Assembly (NCBI GenBank): GCA_951406725.2
Contig: OX597832.1
Span: 14,198,001 to 14,262,000 of the forward strand
Reading direction: 5' to 3'
DNA from: Octopus vulgaris
Taxonomy: Eukaryota
Length of the DNA: 64,000 bases
The first letter of the stretch is position 1. Each line of letters opens with the position of its first letter. This document shows positions 55,465-64,000 of the stretch, piece by piece. Both the position numbers and the translations under genes were made by a program. The notes beneath the pieces are model-generated. The model saw only the letters and a list, made by a program, of their open reading frames with translations. It did not search any database and was not told the DNA's origin.

Positions 55465-55700
55465 AGATCTGTTCTGCCTGTGTGTGTGTGTGTCTTCTAT
55501 GTTCTCGGGCATCCTCCATCCGATTGCGCCTAAATTTGACGTGTAGGCACCGACGATATCAGGGGGGGTTTAAGTCTTGAAATAATTATAAAAATCGATC
55601 CCATGCGAGAATGCGATCGATAAAGTGAATAAAATCGTTTTTCTTTGGAATAAAAAGAAAAGACCATCTTTATTTCTTCTTTTGCTGCTGGCTGAAATTT
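55455..55700 (+). mobile_element. Probable Helitron 5' region
   Basis: TATAAGATCTG..TGTGTGTC..ATCCGATTGCGCCTAAATTTG resembles the 5' ends of the Helitrons at 41857 and 63485. 3' CTAG not located. Confidence 0.4.
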
Positions 55701-56719
55701 AGGTTAAAACAGTGTTTCTGAAAGGGGAGGCCTATGGGGCGGTCGGACAAGTTGTTTTGAGAAAGTTTGCTTTACATGTTTTACAACTCAGCACCGTCCA
55801 TTGGACAGTGGCTCGTGTTGCTCGTAATACATATATTCATTCTGATCACATGAGCCTTATGGATCCCCGGCAGGTAACTTCTCAACGGACTTCAAGGGAG
55901 GAGAATCAATTGATAAATCGAACAGACGCGTTGATGTAATGAGACTTGAAATCTGAAGACAAGAATATAATTGGCTCCCTAAAGCTAGCCAATAATTTAG
56001 GTAGATTGTATTGAAAATATTCTACCTCCTCGATATACACCGATTGCTATAAGGCCGTCCATTACGCTCTGTATTTGAATCCATCAATACATTTAAATTT
56101 ATATCTAGGATCATAAGCCAATAGAACAATAATCAATTCGCAACACTATTTGGGTTGAATCGCATACATTGTTGGTAATATCAGTTATACAAACCAAAGG
56201 CGCTTGTTTCGGCAATGACCACCTTTCTGTATCATTGAAAGGTGCAGGATTTAATTCATAAATAGTGTCCAGCCTACTCACATCTTTTCCTCATAGAGCT
56301 TACACAACATAAAATGCCCTCCTTCATCTGACAGTTGTAACAAACTTCAAGGAACTTGTAGTCGTTACATGTATTCGACACAATCTGTCAAGTTTACCGT
56401 GAACAAGCCGTTCCCAGCTTTCTTGTCCTTCACGCTAATTTCACAAGCACTCGTTCAAATTTGTGATTTTGGACTGAGTGCATCTTAATGGCATAGAGAA
56501 GCCGAATACGATCCTCTGTATGTATTCAGCAGCGATTCTCACAATCAGTACTCTAGTTCAAATGATAACACTATTATATAAACGAAATGTTAGGAGAAAA
56601 TGAAAATCAGAATGAGAAATCAGTATATATTACCGTTTTCCAGAAACCACGCAAATGACAGTTGGTTCTATTATAAGTACAATACCTAAAATATGGATTT
56701 CAAATTTCGGGACAACATC

Positions 56720-57910
56720 AGCAGATTAGTGGGAAGGGTAAATGTAATACATCGACCCCAGTGATCAACTGGTATGTTTTTTCAATCCCAAATGGATGAA
56801 AGGTAAACTCGACCACAGTGGCATTTAAAGTCTGAGTGTTAAGTCGTACGAAAAAATGGTGAAAAGCATACTTCCCGCCGCGGTAACATTTTTGGCAGCG
56901 GGCCCCATTATACAACACCTAACGTATTGGGGAGAGCATTAGTCGATAAGCTCAACTTACTTGAGTGATGATTTATCTTCAGCTTTCTCTCAGTGATAAA
57001 ATTAATTTCCAATTTTGGTACTAAATCAACAATTTTATGTGAGTGGATAAGTCGGTTTCATAGATTTCCCCTGTCTCCTCAACTGGTACCTCATTAGTAT
57101 TTCATAGAAGTACAAACTATGAAAGGCAACGTCTATCTTTATGTAACTCAGAACGCAAAAATAGACGATATGTCGGTTTAACGACGAGTCCTACTGATTC
57201 ACGCCTTGGTTTGAACGTACTACATAAAAAGACAGAACAAATGCCACAAATATATTCTCATTCAAGTTCGAAAGATCTACGAACATCTTTATACCACATT
57301 AAATACTTTGCTGTGTTAAAGATTATTTATTTCTATTCTGTACAGAAAAGTCACAGATATAAAATCGAACACTGTACTTGGCAGGTGCATTTATTATTTT
57401 ATTAGTGTATTACGGTGGGAAGATGAGCGAAAAACTTGAAATTTATAGATCTGGAGCCAGAAGGGACAGAGCGGGAATAAATTGCGTAAGGATTTTCCCT
57501 CTGCGATCTAAAGATCACCGTAGCCTCTATTACCGATCTAGTAACAATTATGATTATAATGATTGCAAATTTTGGCATTAGAATAGCAAATTCAGGAGAA
57601 GGGGAAGGTATGTTATAATGACTACAGTGAGGAATTGTATATATTATATCTATTACGGGAAGATGAAAAGTAAAGCTGATCTCAGCCGAATTCGAACTGA
57701 CAGCGTAAAAACGGACGAAATGCTACGAAGCACTGTGATCAGCGTGCAAACGCATGTGATTGCTCTCCAGCAACATAATTATAATAATGATAATAGTAAT
57801 GATTTCGCATCAACCTTAGTGTTTTAACTGGTATTTAATTTTATCGATGCCGAAAGGAGGAAAGTTGACAGACGAAATTCCACTACACAATTTGACCCGC
57901 GTACTAACTA
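56720..57910 (-). mobile_element. Cluster of degenerate Nin/Deu-domain SINE remnants
   Basis: ACATCGACCCCAGTG.TCAACTGGTA..GGATGAAAGGTAAACTCGACC at 56748-56816; further fragments near 57080-57160, 57655-57725 and 57825-57880. Confidence 0.6.
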
Positions 57911-57932
57911 TTCTGCATCTCGCTAACGTAAA

Positions 57933-58378
<446 letters not shown>

Positions 58379-58598
58379 AGAGGGCAGCGAAAAGGTGGAC
58401 AAAGAGAATAGGAGCCAATAGAAAAAAAGGAAGAAAGGAAGTAAGAAGGGAACAGCTGCCATAACATGAAAAGGTCAATGACGAATGACGCGCTCTATAA
58501 GGTAATTCGATTAGAAATGAATGTATGGATATCAATGGAATAATTCTGTCTTACGTAAGAAATTGCAAACACAACGGAATCTTTGTGAAACAGAAGAA

Positions 58599-58693
<95 letters not shown>

Positions 58694-59587
58694 TACATAT
58701 ATTGGAAACCAAGAATATATATATATATTGGAAACCAAGAATATGTATATATATATATACATATATACATATATTGGAAACCAAGAATGCTAACATAGAA
58801 TATGCGAATAATCGTCTGGTAGCAAGCGGTCGGATCTTGGAGAAGTTTATTGTCGCGTAAACATGAAATATATAAAGCAAAAGAACACACAAGAATAATT
58901 TAAACATACATTCTATATTTTATATATTCATACTGATATGATATTATCAATTTGAATATATATTTCTTCTAAATTTTGTTCCTTGCTTCGCATAATATGT
59001 TTCCTGAGATTTGTAATATATTAAAGAATTTTTGAAAAAGAATCTGTCATTCTATTATTTTTTCTCCGTGTCCATTCTTTATGGCAATCTATATTTTTAC
59101 TTACTTTCATAATCTAGTTCATATTTTGTGATTTTTCTTCTCCCGCTGTCGCTATCTCTTTCAATTTCTTCATACACACACAGACACACACATAAACACG
59201 CACACACACACAACTACACACCCAAATATACATGGCCATGAGCATATGTCTTTGTATCTGTTTGTGCGTATGTGTTCGTGTGTGTGAGTGTGTGGTGGTG
59301 TGGTTTTGTGCGTGATTCTGTATCTATACTCACGTCATTATATCTGCACGTTTTCTGAAACTAAAACAGATTTGAAATGTAATTTCCTTTGAGAGTAGCC
59401 TGATCAGAATGTATTTATCATGGATAATATTGTCTGTATATATATATACGCGTGCCACATATAATTCTATAGCTTAGAGAAGAGGTATTTTTATATATTC
59501 TTTTATACGCATAAAAATAATAGTCTCCTCTCGTTGCCTCTCAATATGTATGTACTTACGTATTTATGAAAGTATGTTTCAATCTCC

Positions 59588-60154
<567 letters not shown>

Positions 60155-61131
60155 GTGTGTAGGTGTGTGTGTGTATGTATGTGCGTGTGTGTATATGTAT
60201 ATACATATAGAGAGTAAATATAGAGGTACACCTACTCTCAGACAGACTGATATCGATCATCACTATGGCTTTTCAAAAATGTAAGGCAAAGTCTATTTAA
60301 TCTAAGTTTATCTTATTATGATTTCTTAAGAGTATATTTAGGTAATTAATTTAAATTATTGTTAAATTGACGTTTGGCACCTTTGACTTCTCTTGAAACA
60401 ATAATGACTTCAGTGTGCTGCCAAGTAATTTTAATTAAGTTCAGTGTTTGTGTAACTGATGAGTGTGCAAGAATTGCTATCCAGTGAGTTTTGAAGGGTA
60501 AGCATAAATGGTATGTAAATAATATATTTTTATGTATCGTAGACAAATTTTACCAAATTTCCATCAGTATCAGTATACAACACTAACACACTCAACGATA
60601 CAGGTGATTTCGCATAAACATACACAACACTGATACAGAATTATATATATGTATGTATATATGTATGTATGTATGTATATATGCGCAAAGGCACATATAC
60701 ATAAAGAGGTTGACATGAAATTTGAGTTGACATGTGAGCGTGCGCCATAGTTTCGCTAAATGTTTTCAATCATTGAGTAGAATAGATAAATCTTGGTACC
60801 CTCTCGAGACTTTCACATTTGATGCAGGAAAATTTCCAAAATATGACAGCTGTAAGTTTCGACTGATCTGTTATTACACGGCATTCACTTTGTTACAAAA
60901 TATTGGGTAACGGGAGATTAACTACCTTGATAAAGGGCTCAGTACAACGGCCTATCTTGGAATAGAACCCCGAATCCTGGGTTCTATTCCATGATGTATA
61001 TATGTATGTGCATATTTGTGCTTGTGTCTTTCGTGTGTCCTGTTTCCACCGTTCTCTCTCTCCTTCTCTGTTTTTCTCTCTCTCAGTCATTCAGACACAT
61101 ACACAAGCACACAGACATATTCATATATATA

Positions 61132-61912
61132 CATGGTCTCATCAATAAGTATCCGGACTGGCGCCGTAATAACGAAGCTAAAGAACGCAGAGTAAAGCCG
61201 TTTGGCTCCGATTAACCGTTCCGCTGTGCATAAGCACTAAGTCTTAACGTTCTAGCTCACATCCGCTGTTTACAGCAGTGCTTGAAAGGAACGTGTGTAG
61301 CTTGTGATAGTCGTGTGCAGCTTGTGTGTAGCCTGTGATTGTCGCGTTACCATGAATCTACATGAAATGCATAAAATTTTGCCAAAAGCCTGGCCATATC
61401 TGCTCAGAAGCCTGCACAAAATTGTAGAATGTGTAATGGGATGGGGTGTGAGTCGAAAAATCTTGATTCAGGCGAAGGTTCTGGGAGACAGGCAAGCACC
61501 AAAACTGAGGAAATCATCACTGGAAATCGTCGATTCACCATCTGTGAATTATCAGGGGATGTGCTGTTTAGTTACAATTCAGTTCATCCCATTATCACTG
61601 AAGAATTTTGTATGCGTCATGTGCGTTCCCTGTGCATGGTAAAACCGCTTTCAGCTGACAACTCATCTGCCCATCCAGCGCAGCTTGTGCAGTGGTTTTT
61701 GTCTAGATACAGCATTCCCCACGTCCGACAGCCACCGTATTCACCGGCTCTCACCTCGTGGGATTTTTGTCCTCTTTCCAAAAATCAAATCCCGCTTGAA
61801 AGGAAGATTTCAGGACTACTCTGAAGGAGATTTAGTGCCAAATTGGTACGTTTTTCTTTTTGTTATTTTTGTTTCTACAGCACCAGTTCGGATATTTATT
61901 AATCAGATACTT
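61132..61912 (+). mobile_element. Internally deleted mariner element
   Basis: TIR-like ATCAATAAGTATCCGGACTGG on the left and CCAGTTCGGATATTTATTAATCAG on the right. DNSSAH..RQPPYSPALTSWDF..KIKSRLKGRF catalytic remnant. Confidence 0.85.
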
Positions 61913-61947
61913 CGGATACTTATTAATATAATAATGAGTGTAGTATA

Positions 61948-62001
<54 letters not shown>

Positions 62002-62392
62002 AGTGTGTGTGGGTGTGCGTATCAATTAGTCCAAAAATGCGTTAGGATGGAGTAAAATAAAGAGTGGTATAAGTGGACGGAGAAGAGAGAAAATAGTAAT
62101 TCAGTGTAGGAGAAGTAGTCAGAGTAACACTCTTGATGATAGAGAGTGAGGGAATGCAATAGCAATGAGAGAAAGGGAGTAACAAAGAGCGCATCGTGTA
62201 CCTTCTCTTCTTTCCCGTCACAACATATGAGAATTGAAGGGGTGATAGGTGAGAAAGTGGGAGAACCAAGAAGCGTGTGTGAGAGAGAAAACGAGCGAGA
62301 GTCTAAGAGAGAGAGAGAGCTGTGCCTAATCGTTGTCGTCTGCTTGTTATTTCCACATACAACAGACAGTGTATGTATATATATATATATAT

Positions 62393-62459
62393 ATGGCGGT
62401 GCCCCAGCATGGCCACAGCGCCTGAGCTGAAACTAGATAAAAAAATAAATAAATAAACA
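62393..62459 (+). mobile_element. Solo LINE/SINE 3' tail in (TA)n
   Basis: ATGGCGGTGCCCCAGCATGGCCACAGC..AGCTGAAACT plus (AAAT)n; 27 nt identical to 40651-40677. Confidence 0.85.
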
Positions 62460-62474
62460 ATATATATATATATA

Positions 62475-62542
62475 CTAGCATTAAAGACCCGTCGTTGCCG
62501 GGTCATAGTGCTAGTGCATGTATATATGTGTATGTATGTATG

Positions 62543-62578
<36 letters not shown>

Positions 62579-63485
62579 TATATACAACTACACATAAAAT
62601 GCAAAATACAAAGTGATATCGCTAGTGATAACAATACTCAAAATATATAACACTGGAATTGTTAGCCCGTCTCTTGTAATTTCGATCAATTTTATCTTGT
62701 CCCCCCCTCTTGTATAGAAGTGTGGCTACAATCCAGCCTAACTCTACTTCGGGTGAGGGTGCACGGGACGTCCTACGTCCCAGATATATAGGTAAAAATA
62801 AAAATTTCCACTTTGCAAGTTCGAGTCGAGTACTCCCTTGCACACTCCGTTGACACGAACCTTGCTTCTATTGTGGCGAATTTACCGCCTCTGATTACAT
62901 ATCTATCATAGTCGCACCAAGACACTTTTCGAAGGTGCTTTTCTCCATGTGTTCAAATATTCTTTTTTCTCTACATTGTATACTTTATAGACAATAGTCT
63001 TTTCTTCAATTTAATTTTTTTTATTATCCATCTGGATTATTCTATTTCTGCACGCTAATTTTATTTTTAATTTATTCCCATTCATGTGAAACCACTTATT
63101 CAAGTTCAAGTCACTGATGCAATTTTATACCAATTGCTATTTTTACTTTTGTTATATTACCTTAGTTTGATTTTAATTATTACTTACAACATATAATTCA
63201 ATTGTTATTATTATTTTTATTGTTAAAGTGAAAGTATCTGACATAAAATAGAGAATTGTTTTTTTTCTCTTTTAACACGTAATACTGAAATAGTGGAGAA
63301 GATATGATATTGCTATGGGCTCGCTCTAGGCAAGAAGTTGAACATTTTTTTGCCCATGAAACTACAAGGACCCAAAGTAAGGCACGTGTAAAATTTGAAT
63401 GAAATTGGTTGTGTAATTCTCAAATTTTAGGGAAACACACAGACAGACCGACAGAAACACATTCTCAGTTTTATATATATAAAGA
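62475..63485 (-). mobile_element. Non-autonomous Helitron
   Basis: Minus 5' end TCTTTATATATATAAAACTGAGAATGTG after A; 3' GACCCGGCAACGACGGGTC hairpin then CTAG before T. Confidence 0.85.
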
Positions 63486-63515
63486 TATATATGTATGTAT
63501 ATATATACATATAAA

Positions 63516-64000
63516 CTAGCAGTAAAGCTCGTCATTGTTCGAATAATTACATTGACTGTTTATCGGGAGCCATACTAAAAGTACTATTATATGCATACTT
63601 TTCTATTCCTCAATTTGTGTGTTTTTAAAAGAAAAAATAAACTTGTAATAATTGAAGTAGAAGATCAATATCTTACATGAACTTGTGTTTGTTTATGATA
63701 TGAGAATAATAAGTGCGTTGTATGTGCTTTTGTTCAAATTATACTGTCATGGCAATGATATATCTTTATAAGAGCAAAACGTGATAATTGAAGTAGAAAA
63801 AATATCATTTTTATACCCGAAGGTTTGTTTGTTTATTGCATGATAATAGCAAGTGAGATGTATGTTTTTTTCATTATTTATCAATGCAGTAATGTCAATT
63901 ATATAATAAAGTTCATTGAACTAGGTAATTTACCATTCTTGAATGTAATGATATTAGCGATAAATGAATTTAGAGAAGTCTTCTTGTTGTATTTAGAATG
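63516..64000 (-). mobile_element. 3' end of another Helitron, running out of the window
   Basis: ACTAGCAGTA like 41466, degenerate hairpin, internal ~135-bp direct repeats (ATAATTGAAGTAGAA at ~63648 and ~63784). Confidence 0.55.

Noticed and set aside
55900-56620. Possible Helitron helicase remnant
   Set aside because: Motif similarity too weak to support

Overview
AT-rich eukaryotic non-coding DNA dense in microsatellites and transposon debris. The SINE repertoire and repeat content suggest a coleoid cephalopod, probably Octopus (inference). No intact host protein-coding gene can be supported. Most ORF-track entries are translations of simple repeats. Recognisable content: three mariner relics, Tc1 and pogo/Tigger relics, five R4/Dong-clade retrotransposon fragments at (AAT)n tracts (two nearly identical), RTE and CR1/L2-group LINE 3' ends, tRNA-derived SINEs, non-autonomous Helitrons and a MITE with an 8-bp TSD. 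Two things stand out. (1) Inverted or palindromic elements flanked by (TA)n carry minimal type I hammerhead-ribozyme folds like those of Penelope-like elements. One is a 227-bp-arm perfect palindrome; another has a G3:C8 compensatory swap in the catalytic core. (2) An 18S rRNA fragment is fused directly to a LINE/SINE 3' tail and sits in a (TA)n tract, so it is a chimeric retrocopy or candidate 18S-derived SINE. All alignments and folds were read by eye.
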